From positions 69,122 to 133,121 of the forward strand of contig CAXHJY010001233.1 of the NCBI GenBank assembly GCA_964016885.1: DNA of 64,000 nt. Reading direction: 5' to 3'. The position numbers were made by a program, and so were the translations under genes. This stretch comes from Eledone cirrhosa. Lineage: Eukaryota. Each line of letters opens with the position of its first letter. Within the stretch, counting starts at the first letter, position 1. The notes below the pieces were generated by a model. The model saw only the letters and a list, made by a program, of their open reading frames with translations, had not been told where the DNA came from and ran no database searches. This document shows, piece after piece, positions 12,070 through 23,120 of the stretch.

Positions 12070-12700
12070 GTGGGGGTGGTGTTGGAGATGGTGTTGTTGT
12101 TGTTGGTGGTGGAGATGGTGGTAGTGGTAGTAGTGGTGGCGGTGGTGGAGATGGTGGTGGCGGTGGTGGTGGTAGTGGTGGTGATGGTGGTGGTGTTGTT
12201 GTTGGTGGTGGTGATGGTGGTAGTGGTAGTAGTGGTGGTCGTGGTGGAGATGGTGGTGGCGGTGGCGGAGATGGTGGTGGCGGAGTTGGTGGTAGTGGTA
12301 GTAGTGGTGGTGATGGTGATGGTGTTGGTGTTGTTGTTGGTGGTGGTGGTGGAGATGGTGGAGGTGGTGGAGATGGTGGAGATGGTGGTGGTGGTGGTAG
12401 TGGTGGTAGTGGTAGTAGTGGAGATGGTGGTGGTGGTGGTTGTAATGATGATGGCGGCGATGGCAGTTGAGATGGGGGTGATGGTGGCGGCGTCGGCGGT
12501 GGAGATGGTGGTGATGGTGGAGGTGGTGGTGATGGTGGCGGTGGAGATGGTGGCGGTGGAGATGGTGGTGATGGAGATGGTGGTGATGGAGATGGTAGCG
12601 GTGGAGATGGTGGTGATGGAGATGGTGGTGATGACGGTGATGGTGGCGGTGGAGATGGTGGTGGTGAAGATGGTGGTGATGGTCGTAGTGATGATGACTA
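12070..12700. repeat. Degenerate (GGT/GAT)n low-complexity tract
   Basis: Direct reading. Similar tracts at 15240-15490, 24478-24697, 24840-25095, 28130-28350, 30018-30492 and 32762-33140. Confidence 0.95.
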
Positions 12701-13071
12701 CTAGCAATATGGCCGGAGGAGGATGAAAAAGAAGTGAGAAGGAGATAGAGAGGGGTGGGAGAAGAGTGGCAGTGTCAGATGTCCCTGGGGGTGGGGTAGT
12801 GGTGGCGGTTTAGGGGGAGGACTTTACAAAGTGCATTAATTGGTTTTCTTTAAAGTTTCTTTATTGAAAAGATGACGAAACAACATCGTAAAAAGAAAAA
12901 ATAAACAAAAAAAAAACAAAAAACAACCCCAACCCACCCCTCCCCCCAAGGTGGTGGGGGTATTTGTTAAACATCACCTACCCACTTGTACACTCTTTAT
13001 ATACAGATCTTATGATGGACATGAAACAGAAGGAAAGTACAAGTACACCAATGAGGAATAAAGTACAAAGT

Positions 13072-13678
13072 CACTCACAAGTAGAGTACAGCTACACCAG
13101 AGTCTCTCTCTCTCAAACACTCACAAGTAGAGTACAGCTACACCAGAGTCTCTCTCTCTCAAACACTCACAAGTAGAGTACAGCTACACCAGAGTCTCTC
13201 TCTCTCAAACACTCACAAGTAGAGTACAGCTACACCAGAGTCTCTCTCTGGAACACACTCACAAGTAGAGTACAGCTACACCAGAGTCTCTCTCTGGAAC
13301 ACACTCACAAGTAGAGTACAGCTACACCAGAGTCTCTCTCTGGAACCCACTCACAAGTTGAGTACAGCTACACCAGAGTCTCTCTCTGGAACCCACTCAC
13401 AAGTTGAGTACAGCTACACCAGAGTCTCTCTCTGGAACCCACTCACAAGTTGAGTACAGCTACACCAGAGTCTCTCTCTCTCAAACACTCACAAGTAGAG
13501 TACAGCTACATCAGAGTCTCTCTCTGGAACCCACTCACAAGTTGAGTACAGCTACACCAGAGTCTCTCTCTGGAACCCACTCACAAGTTGAGTACAGCTA
13601 CACCAGAGTCTCTCTCTGGAACCCACTCACAAGTTGAGTACAGCTACACCAGAGTCTCTCTCTGGAACACACTCACAA
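13072..13678. repeat. Minisatellite, unit about 45-46 bp, about 13 copies
   Basis: CACTCACAAGT(A/T)GAGTACAGCTACACCAGAGTCTCTCTCT(CTCAAA/GGAAC) repeated head to tail. Confidence 0.95.
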
Positions 13679-13771
13679 TAGACAATAAAATAGGTTAATT
13701 TATAAACAGATTATAGCTACGTATCTACATATATTATCTATTTAACTAGCTTTCTGTATATCTATGTATAT

Positions 13772-13818
<47 letters not shown>

Positions 13819-14232
13819 TAGATAGATATATATATATAGATATATAGATATATTATGTATGTATATCTATGTCTATATATATTTGTATATATTATGTATG
13901 TATATCTATGTCTATCTCTATACATATATACGCATTCTAAAAGTATTAAATGTACATTTATTTCACAGATGTCGGCGCAAACTTATTTACATTTTATATT
14001 GTTATTAATATATTGTTATTATATAAAATGATTGTCAGTTTAATTAGATGACCCTGGTGTCGTGAAAACCAGTGGCTTCGCAGATGATCGACTGATAGTT
14101 CGACAATGGGTTGGCACAACTGTTCCAGTGAGCGGAGGAATCAATGTGTACGTAGGTGGGGTGAGTCACATATTATAGCCATTAGAAAAAGATGCTTCAC
14201 CTTTGATGGAGGAATGACTAAAAAAGAATAAG

Positions 14233-14285
<53 letters not shown>

Positions 14286-14309
14286 GTGTGTGTGTGTGTG
14301 TGTGCGTGC

Positions 14310-14370
<61 letters not shown>

Positions 14371-14459
14371 CATGTATGTATGTATGGGTGATTCTGTGTG
14401 TAAACGTAAGAGTGTACATTGTTTGTATAGGCATCAACAACGAACACAGTCCTGCACAA

Positions 14460-14960
14460 CGATGAAAAGATAGGCCTATAGAAACATAAATAAGAAGAGA
14501 TAGGCCTATAGAAACATGAATATGAAGATAAATGCCGATAGATATATAAATATGAAGAGAGGGGCCTATAGAAACATAATCATGAAGATATACGCCTATA
14601 GAAACACTACTATGAAGATATAAGCCTATAGAAACACTACTATGAAGATATACGCCTATAGAAACACTACTATGAAGATATAAGCCTATAGAAACACTAC
14701 TATGAAGATATACGCCTATAGAAACACTACTATGAAGATATAAGCCTATAGAAACACTACTATGAAGATATACGCCTATAGAAACACTACTATGAAGATA
14801 TAAGCCTATAGAAACACTACTATGAAGATATACGCCTATAGAAACACTACTATGAAGATATAAGCCTATAGAAACACTACTATGAAGATATATGCCTATA
14901 GAAACACAAACAAAGATATAAGCCTATAGAAATACAAACATGAAGATATATGCCTATGGA
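14460..14960. repeat. 30-bp minisatellite with 60-bp higher-order core
   Basis: GCCTATAGAAACACTACTATGAAGATATA(C/A). Strict C/A alternation at about 14581-14890, diverged units at both edges. Confidence 0.95.
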
Positions 14961-15489
14961 AAGATGGTAAATTCCTTATAGAATATTGACAATGAGAGAC
15001 TGAAGTAGATGTAGGATATCTCCCCATCTAAATGATAGGAAATGTTGAAGCAACCATTGTTCTTCTCTTTAAATGTAATTTTCAATTGGATAAAAAGTAT
15101 TTCTGTGATGTTTTAAGTAACTTCCCATGTTTCACCTCTTCAGACGGCAACAGGAAAGATTAAATACAATAAAATACAATAAAATACAATAAAATAAAAC
15201 CAAAAATAAAGCTAAGCGAAAAGAAGGCAACAGTTTATAGTTGAGTAGTAGTAGTAGTGGTGGTGCTGGTAGTGGTAGTGGTGGTGGTAGCAGTAGTAGT
15301 AGTAGTGGCGGTGGTGGTGGTAGTAGTAGTAGTAGTAGTGGTAGTAGTAGTAGTGGGAGTAGTAGTAGTGGTGGTGGTGGTGGTAGTGGTAGTAGTAGCG
15401 ATGGTGGTAGTAGTAGTGGTAGCGGTAGTAGTAGTAGTAGAGGTGGTGGTAGTAGTGGTAGTAGTAGAGGTAGTAGTAGTGGTAGTTTA

Positions 15490-15600
15490 CCGTGGTTGGC
15501 CACCCGGAGTGATCAATCAGCAGCGACGTCTGTTGGGATTTGGACTCAGAACGTAAAGGGCCATGACTCTATGCTGCAAAGCATGTCAATCCACCGACCA
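15490..15600 (-). mobile_element. Family A SINE 5' fragment
   Basis: GGGATTTGGACTCAGAACGTAAAGGGCCATGACTCTATGCTGCAAAGCATG. Confidence 0.75.
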
Positions 15601-15780
15601 AATAATAATAAAAAAATAACGAGAACAAGAAGAAGAAAAAGGAGGAGGAGGCAGATGAAGGGGAGGAGGAGGCAGATGAAGGGGAGGAGGAGGAAGAGGA
15701 AGGGGAGGAAGAAGAGGAAAAACAACAGCAGCAACAATAGCAACAACAACGAAGTAGGTAAGTTATTTGGAGGGTAAAAC

Positions 15781-18723
15781 ATGTATCAGCCAATTTCTTC
15801 ATCTGGCAGCGTCTGTAATCCTCTAAAGATGGAGATGTTAATGGCATCTGCAGTGGAGAGCAATGATATAAACACATTAGAGAGGTTGATAGTAGACACA
15901 ACCAGGCTGATATCTGATTGGTCAAGCGTTAAATTGCTCTCCACTGCAGTGGAGAGCAATGATATAAACACATTAGAGAGGTTGATAGTAGACACAACCA
16001 GGCTGATATCTGATTGGTCAAGCGTTAAATTGCTCTCCACTGCAGTGGAGAGCAATGATATAAACACATTAGAGAGGTTGATAGTAGACACAACCAGGCT
16101 GATATCTGATTGGTCAAGCGTTAAATTGCTCTCCACTGCAGTGGAGAGCAATGATATAAACACATTAGAGAGGTTGATAGTAGACACAACCAGGCTGATA
16201 TCTGATTGGTCAAGCGTTAAATTGCTCTCCACTGCAGTGGAGAGCAATGATATAAACACATTAGAGAGGTTGATAGTAGACACAACCAGGCTGATGTCTG
16301 ATTGGTCAAGCGTTAAATTGCTCTCCACTGCAGTGGAGAGCAATGATATAAACACATTAGAGAGGTTGATAGTAGACACAACCAGGCTGATATCTGATTG
16401 GTCAAGCGTTAAATTGCTCTCCACTGCAGTGGAGAGCAATGATATAAACACATTAGAGAGGTTGATAGTAGACACAACCAGGCTGATGTCTGATTGGTCA
16501 AGCGTTAAATTGCTCTCCACTGCAGTGGAGAGCAATGATATAAACACATTAGAGAGGTTGATAGTAGACACAACCAGGCTGATATCTGATTGGTCAAGCG
16601 TTAAATTGCTCTCCACTGCAGTGGAGAGCAATGATATAAACACATTAGAGAGGTTGATAGTAGACACAACCAGGCTGATATCTGATTGGTCAAACGTTAA
16701 ATTGCTCTCCACTGCAGTGGAGAGCAATGATATAAACACATTAGAGAGGTTGATAGTAGACACAACCAGGCTGATATCTGATTGGTCAAGCGTTAAATTG
16801 CTCTCCACTGCAGTGGAGAGCAATGATATAAACACATTAGAGAGGTTGATAGTAGACACAACCAGGCTGATGTCTGATTGGTCAAGCGTTAAATTGCTCT
16901 CCACTGCAGTGGAGAGCAATGATATAAACACATTAGAGAGGTTGATAGTAGACACAACCAGGCTGATGTCTGATTGGTCAAGCGTTAAATTGCTCTCCAC
17001 TGCAGTGGAGAGCAATGATATAAACACATTAGAGAGGTTGATAGTAGACACAACCAGGCTGATATCTGATTGGTCAAGCGTTAAATTGCTCTCCACTGCA
17101 GTGGAGAGCAATGATATAAACACATTAGAGAGGTTGATAGTAGACACAACCAGGCTGATGTCTGATTGGTCAAGCGTTAAATTGCTCTCCACTGCAGTGG
17201 AGAGCAATGATATAAACACATTAGAGAGGTTGATAGTAGACACAACCAGGCTGATATCTGATTGGTCAAGCGTTAAATTGCTCTCCACTGCAGTGGAGAG
17301 CAATGATATAAACACATTAGAGAGGTTGATAGTAGACACAACCAGGCTGATATCTGATTGGTCAAGCGTTAAATTGCTCTCCACTGCAGTGGAGAGCAAT
17401 GATATAAACACATTAGAGAGGTTGATAGTAGACACAACCAGGCTGATATCTGATTGGTCAAACGTTAAATTGCTCTCCACTGCAGTGGAGAGCAATGATA
17501 TAAACACATTAGAGAGGTTGATAGTAGACACAACCAGGCTGATGTCTGATTGGTCAAGCGTTAAATTGCTCTCCACTGCAGTGGAGAGCAATGATATAAA
17601 CACATTAGAGAGGTTGATAGTAGACACAACCAGGCTGATGTCTGATTGGTCAAGCGTTAAATTGCTCTCCACTGCAGTGGAGAGCAATGATATAAACACA
17701 TTAGAGAGGTTGATAGTAGACACAACCAGGCTGATGTCTGATTGGTCAAGCGTTAAATTGCTCTCCACTGCAGTGGAGAGCAATGATATAAACACATTAG
17801 AGAGGTTGATAGTAGACACAACCAGGCTGATGTCTGATTGGTCAAGCGTTAAATTGCTCTCCACTGCAGTGGAGAGCAATGATATAAACACATTAGAGAG
17901 GTTGATAGTAGACACAACCAGGCTGATGTCTGATTGGTCAAGCGTTAAATTGCTCTCCACTGCAGTGGAGAGCAATGATATAAACACATTAGAGAGGTTG
18001 ATAGTAGACACAACCAGGCTGATGTCTGATTGGTCAAGCGTTAAATTGCTCTCCACTGCAGTGGAGAGCAATGATATAAACACATTAGAGAGGTTGATAG
18101 TAGACACAACCAGGCTGATGTCTGATTGGTCAAGCGTTAAATTGCTCTCCACTGCAGTGGAGAGCAATGATATAAACACATTAGAGAGGTTGATAGTAGA
18201 CACAACCAGGCTGATATCTGATTGGTCAAGCGTTAAATTGCTCTCCACTGCAGTGGAGAGCAATGATATAAACACATTAGAGAGGTTGATAGTAGACACA
18301 ACCAGGCTGATGTCTGATTGGTCAAGCGTTAAATTGCTCTCCACTGCAGTGGAGAGCAATGATATAAACACATTAGAGAGGTTGATAGTAGACACAACCA
18401 GGCTGATATCTGATTGGTCAAGCGTTAAATTGCTCTCCACTGCAGTGGAGAGCAATGATATAAACACATTAGAGAGGTTGATAGTAGACACAACCAGGCT
18501 GATGTCTGATTGGTCAAGCGTTAAATTGCTCTCCACTGCAGTGGAGAGCAATGATATAAACACATTAGAGAGGTTGATAGTAGACACAACCAGGCTGATA
18601 TCTGATTGGTCAAGCGTTAAATTGCTCTCCACTGCAGTGGAGAGCAATGATATAAACACATTAGAGAGGTTGATAGTAGACACAACCAGGCTGATATCTG
18701 ATTGGTCAAGTGTCAAGCGTTAA
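15781..18723 (+). CDS. Possible 980-aa ORF made of 32-aa ankyrin-like repeats (may be a non-coding by-product of the satellite)
   Basis: ATG lies in unique flank. The unit KLLSTAVESNDINTLERLI matches ankyrin spacing (xPLHxAxxxGxxxxVxxLL) by eye but lacks TPLH and GADVN. An equally long antisense ORF and near-zero divergence argue for caution. Confidence 0.2.
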   Translation: MYQPISSSGSVCNPLKMEMLMASAVESNDINTLERLIVDTTRLISDWSSVKLLSTAVESNDINTLERLIVDTTRLISDWSSVKLLSTAVESNDINTLERLIVDTTRLISDWSSVKLLSTAVESNDINTLERLIVDTTRLISDWSSVKLLSTAVESNDINTLERLIVDTTRLMSDWSSVKLLSTAVESNDINTLERLIVDTTRLISDWSSVKLLSTAVESNDINTLERLIVDTTRLMSDWSSVKLLSTAVESNDINTLERLIVDTTRLISDWSSVKLLSTAVESNDINTLERLIVDTTRLISDWSNVKLLSTAVESNDINTLERLIVDTTRLISDWSSVKLLSTAVESNDINTLERLIVDTTRLMSDWSSVKLLSTAVESNDINTLERLIVDTTRLMSDWSSVKLLSTAVESNDINTLERLIVDTTRLISDWSSVKLLSTAVESNDINTLERLIVDTTRLMSDWSSVKLLSTAVESNDINTLERLIVDTTRLISDWSSVKLLSTAVESNDINTLERLIVDTTRLISDWSSVKLLSTAVESNDINTLERLIVDTTRLISDWSNVKLLSTAVESNDINTLERLIVDTTRLMSDWSSVKLLSTAVESNDINTLERLIVDTTRLMSDWSSVKLLSTAVESNDINTLERLIVDTTRLMSDWSSVKLLSTAVESNDINTLERLIVDTTRLMSDWSSVKLLSTAVESNDINTLERLIVDTTRLMSDWSSVKLLSTAVESNDINTLERLIVDTTRLMSDWSSVKLLSTAVESNDINTLERLIVDTTRLMSDWSSVKLLSTAVESNDINTLERLIVDTTRLISDWSSVKLLSTAVESNDINTLERLIVDTTRLMSDWSSVKLLSTAVESNDINTLERLIVDTTRLISDWSSVKLLSTAVESNDINTLERLIVDTTRLMSDWSSVKLLSTAVESNDINTLERLIVDTTRLISDWSSVKLLSTAVESNDINTLERLIVDTTRLISDWSSVKR

Positions 18724-18734
18724 ATTGCTCTCCA
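15848..18734. repeat. Tandem array of 30 x 96-bp units with a 28-bp perfect palindrome at each junction
   Basis: Length equals 30 x 96 plus a 7-bp duplication (GTCAAGT) in the last unit. Junction palindrome ATTGCTCTCCACTGCAGTGGAGAGCAAT. Only two variable sites seen. Confidence 0.98.
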
Positions 18735-19465
18735 GGAAACACACAGCTTTTTATATTATCGTGCTTGCTGCGATTATTCAAAACCTCTCTTACCCCCCCC
18801 CCCTCTCCCCTTCGATGAATTGTCGTCGTCCATGGCTGCTCTTGTACGCAATACGCAAGTCTCCAGTGTATCAGACACACACACACATTATATATATATA
18901 TACATATAACCAAATGAAAAAGATATATGTTTAGAGAGAGAGAGAAAGAGTCATATATTGTATAAGAAACACGGTATATTGTATATATACCAAATATTTG
19001 GTATATATACAATATACCGTGTTTCTTATACAATATATGCCCCTTTCTCTCTCTCTATATATAAACATATATATATATATATATATATATATAAGTAAAT
19101 ATGTTTTGAAACAGTGAGCAGGTTTGAAATTAGAAAATAGAATAGCTTTCACCGTATTTTTTGACTAAAGAAATTTTAGTCTGATAATGGGGTTTAGAAC
19201 CCTCAGATAAATGGAAAAAGATGAGTATTGATGTACATATATATATACACACACATAATTTTGCTGTCAGTAACTTCGAAGTAAGATGACTTATTCAAAC
19301 TGACGGACAGTTTGAATAAAGTCACCACTGACGAAACTATTAATAACAGTTCTGTCCATTATCTCTTTCTATATCTGTATTAAGACTTTTCTTTATTATT
19401 CAGTAAAAGTTCTTTGTTTTAATGTATTCTAAAAAAACACATCTTTGACAACACACACAAACATA

Positions 19466-19815
19466 TACAGAGTAATCCCTCGCTTAACACGGTTTCCTTT
19501 AGCATGTCCTTTTCAAGTTAACGCGATTTTAAAATGATAAATAGTTATTATTTAAGGCACAGTCCAAATATTGTCTCTTTTTATTAAGCCGGTCGTCATC
19601 GACGAGTGAGCGAGAAACGAGCCTACTGCCAGGCAGTCATCTGGCTAAATTAATGAGGATGAAGCCATATACTGATTGTTATCACTCATGACAATCCTAT
19701 AACCAGTTACACCTCTGAAGCGTTGAGAGAAGATACGGCTAGATACGGCTTTTGCCTTCTCACGCACCACATATTTTTTCGTCAAAGTTTTCTAAAGTCA
19801 AGCCGCTTTACCCAT
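19466..19815. mobile_element. Decayed pogo/Tigger-like DNA transposon remnant
   Basis: TA-CAGAGTAATCCCTCGCTTAAC resembles a Tigger-type TIR. Minus strand near 19745-19790 reads ..KYVVREKAKAV, resembling the CENP-B-type HTH 'REKA' motif. Confidence 0.4.
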
Positions 19816-19934
19816 TAAATAACAATGGCCATGAGAACGAGAGAAAGAAAGTAAAAATAGAAACAAAATGTCAGTATTACAGAAAAGTGAAAAAAATACT
19901 TTAGAAGAGGAAATGTTAGAACTAATTAAATATT

Positions 19935-20725
19935 GGTTTCTGATTTAGGGACAAGGCCAGCAATTTTGTGGGAGGAGAGGAAAGTCGATTAAATCGACCC
20001 AGTACATTACTGGTACTTTATTTTATCGACCCCCCCGTAAGGATTCGAACTCAGATTGTAAAGGGACGTAACTCTATGTCACAAAGCATGTAGACCGACG
20101 TTCTACCAATACTGCCAGTCCATCACCCTCGAAGAAGATACGATAGAAGTGCAAGACTGTCAGAGTTAAGTTGTTCTTGTGGAATGAAGGAAGCAAAAAA
20201 TACAAAAGATTTTTAGACAAGCTTATGATTAAAAGAAGCAAGACTGTCACCAAACATTGGTGACAGTCTTCTGAACAGATTCTGTAGGTGTTATAATTGG
20301 CAGTATCGGTAGACGGTCGGACGCCATGCTTTGACGCATAGAGTTACGGCCCTTTATGGTCTGAGTTCAAATCCCGCCGAGGTTAACTTTACCTTTCATC
20401 CTTACGGGGTCGATAAAATAAAGTACCAGTAATACACTGGGATAATTGCTGGCCTTGTGCCAAAAGTAGAAACAATTATATTTTACCGACTCTGAAAAGA
20501 TAAAAAGGCAAAGTTGATCTCGGCAGGATTTGAACTTATAAAGTACCAGAACTAATACCACAAAACATCTTGTCTGGTGCTCTACCGACCCACCGATCAA
20601 CTAATAATAATAATACTAATTTCAACTATAGACACAAGGCCAGCAATTATCCCAGTGTATTACTGGTACAGTAATACACTGGGATAAATGCTGGGCTTGT
20701 GCCAAAAGTAGAAACAATTATTATT
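19935..20725. mobile_element. Cluster of family A SINEs in alternating orientation
   Basis: Minus 19935-20125, plus 20297-20480, minus fragment 20485-20600, fold-back of tails 20632-20720. Confidence 0.85.
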
Positions 20726-21030
20726 GCCTTAGAAACATTTTGAGACAAGCTTATGATTAAAAAAAAGCAAACATTGGTGACATTCTTCTGAACAGATTCT
20801 GTAGGTGTTATGATTGGCTTAGAAACAGTTGGACTCGTTTCTACGATTAAGTTTCTTTTTGTTATTAAAAGGAAAAAAAATGCTTGTTTTATTCTTTGTT
20901 CTCGTTAATAAAGTTAAGACTTTAAAGAGAATTCCTTTAATATTTTACAAATTCCCACTTCTCCTTACCACCGTTTTTTTCTTTTTCTTTTGCTTCTTCG
21001 TTTTTTTTTTGAAACTCTATCTTGTATGTG

Positions 21031-21099
<69 letters not shown>

Positions 21100-21512
21100 A
21101 TGTGAGTGTGTGTATGTGTGTGTGTGTGTTACAACAGAAATAATTTGTTACATAACCAAATTACAAGACTTAGTGAAAAGACTAAAAATAATTCTTATAG
21201 TATTTCAATCCCCTTCATTTCTGCTGGTGGTGGGAGTTAGGTGGTGGTGGTTGTGTGGGTGGTGGTGGTGGGGATAGTTGTGTGATGGGGTGGTGAGGAG
21301 GTGGTGGGGGGTGGAGATATCTCATTACTTCTTACTAATAAACTTTCGTTCATTCAGTTTTCAGCAAACGTTTCAAAGTTTCATTCTATTCTGCTGATAT
21401 TCACGAATGCGTTTGGAAGACGACGCAAACATTAGGAGAGGAGTAGTTGCCACGATTGGAGGCATCCCCCACGAGGGAAGAGTAGCTGAGCCAGCAGAGG
21501 GTGTCGCTGGCT

Positions 21513-21527
21513 GTTCTCTATGGCAAC
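21513..21527. promoter_or_regulatory. RFX X-box-like motif in unique GC-richer sequence
   Basis: GTTCTCTATGGCAAC, with GTTGCC half-site and reverse CCAAT (GATTGG) at about 21445-21459. Motif match only. Confidence 0.3.
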
Positions 21528-21715
21528 ACCTTCATCATTTTGTCCGTGGGACACAGCTGAGATATATCTGTCGCTCATTCACGCTTTCTCATTACTTTCG
21601 TTATTTAATGTTTTTTTTTTCTTTCCGTTTTTTTCTTATTTTATTGCCAACATAATATAACATAGTTGAAATTGGCTGAATATAGTTTAACAGTAATAGA
21701 AACGCCCCCCATCAC

Positions 21716-21788
<73 letters not shown>

Positions 21789-22196
21789 AACCGTAAACGT
21801 TTAAAAGATAAATTATGTTGGAATTCATGAATGAGTTCAAACGATGTGAAAGACCTATTTATATGGATATAAGTTTCAATGGAAAAGGGGAGAGGGCTTT
21901 ATCAGTGTGTCCGAGTGAAATCAAAAGTAGCAGCTTGAACAAATAGTCAAATGAAAAGTGCAGCATCACATTTGAGAGGAAAAGGGGTGAAATAAAGGGC
22001 AACATGCCTAATTAAGTGAGGGTATGACCTTTCCAGGTCTTTCACAATTGAATGTTTTATTGTAATAATAACAAACGCGTCGACCCTTCTTCACAGCGGA
22101 ATCAGAGCGGAGAACACAATTTAAATATATAGAAAGGTGACAGTCCGAGTTTAGGAAGTCGGTGGTAACTAGAGAACTGACCAACATCCACACATG

Positions 22197-22234
<38 letters not shown>

Positions 22235-22239
22235 CATGA

Positions 22240-22570
22240 CTTTAGATGGCACTCCGTCGGTTACGACGACGAGTGTTCCAGTTGATACGATCAACGGAAC
22301 AGCCTGCTCGTGAAATTAACGTGCAAGTGACTGAGCATTCCGCAAACGCGCGTAACATTAACATAGTTCTTAGGGAGATTCAGTGTGACACAGATTGTGA
22401 CAAGGCTGGCCCTTCAAATTACAGGTACAACTCATTTTTGCCAGTTGAGTGGACTGGGGCAACGTGAAATAAAGTGTCTTGCTCAAGGACACAACGCGCC
22501 ACCGGGAATCGAACTCACAACCTTGCGATTGTGAGCTGAATACCTTAACCACAAAGCCACGCGCCTTCAC
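22240..22570 (-). mobile_element. Full-length tRNA-derived CORE-like SINE, family B
   Basis: Minus strand: GAAGGCGCGTGGC head, GTTCGATTCCC B-box, TGTGTCCTTGAGCAAGACACTTTATTTCAC core, unique 3' part. Confidence 0.9.
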
Positions 22571-22929
22571 ACACACACAGGTTTTTATGTAAACAGATAG
22601 CGTTTAATAACTGATCCGTGTTTAAATATTGAAAAGGCGGTCAATTTGGCAGAGTGGTTAAAGCACAGGATTAAATATTGAATTCAAGATAAGACTTGTT
22701 CATCAAACCTGAAGCAAAATAGCTGAGATTACTACTACTACTACCACTACCACTACTACTAATACTACTACTACAACTACTCAAGAAGAAACCGGTTGTG
22801 TTTTGACCTGGAGAAGGATGGGCTGTGTAAGGTTTAAAATGCGCAAGACAGCCGTATGTGTCAGGATAGCGCCCACAACGATTCCATCAGGAGTTAAACG
22901 TCCTTTAACTTAAATTCTAAGGAAGCATA

Positions 22930-23120
22930 TCTCTAGTCTTTGTCATCCTTTCTTTGAATTCAGGCACAGTGTATCTAGGACTACATCATCTCTAATGTAT
23001 CCATTTGAAAAGAAAACTAGAAGGTGAGGGTGTGATTTGTGGGGTGAGGGTGTGATTTGTGGAAGATTTCACTGTTATTTTTAGCAGGACGCAAACCAGA
23101 GAGAGTCTTCCTCGTTGGTT
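22930..23120. repeat. Unclassified dispersed repeat
   Basis: Related to 41180-41425 (GTATCTAGGA..CATCAT; GGGTG.GA.ATTT..GGAAG.TTTCAC..TTATTT). Confidence 0.5.

Noticed and set aside
11669-12726. ORFs rich in YI/HT/CV, poly-Thr or poly-Val, here and throughout the track
   Set aside because: Translations of TA, CA, GA and GGT microsatellites.
14047-14232. Open frame DDPGVVKTSGFADDRLIV.. as an exon or RT 'FADD' motif
   Set aside because: Weak acceptor and no other RT motifs; cannot be supported without a homology search.
15854-15943. C/D-box snoRNA in the 96-bp unit (terminal stem, ATGAT and CTGA)
   Set aside because: The C box is imperfect (ATGATAT) and the CTGA boxes are too far from the 3' stem.
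15786-18716. 976-aa minus-strand ORF as a gene
   Set aside because: Mirror of the satellite, non-ATG start inside the last unit, no recognisable domain.
15848-18734. CRISPR-like array (palindromic repeats at regular spacing)
   Set aside because: The intervening sequences are identical rather than unique spacers, there are no cas genes, and the context is eukaryotic.
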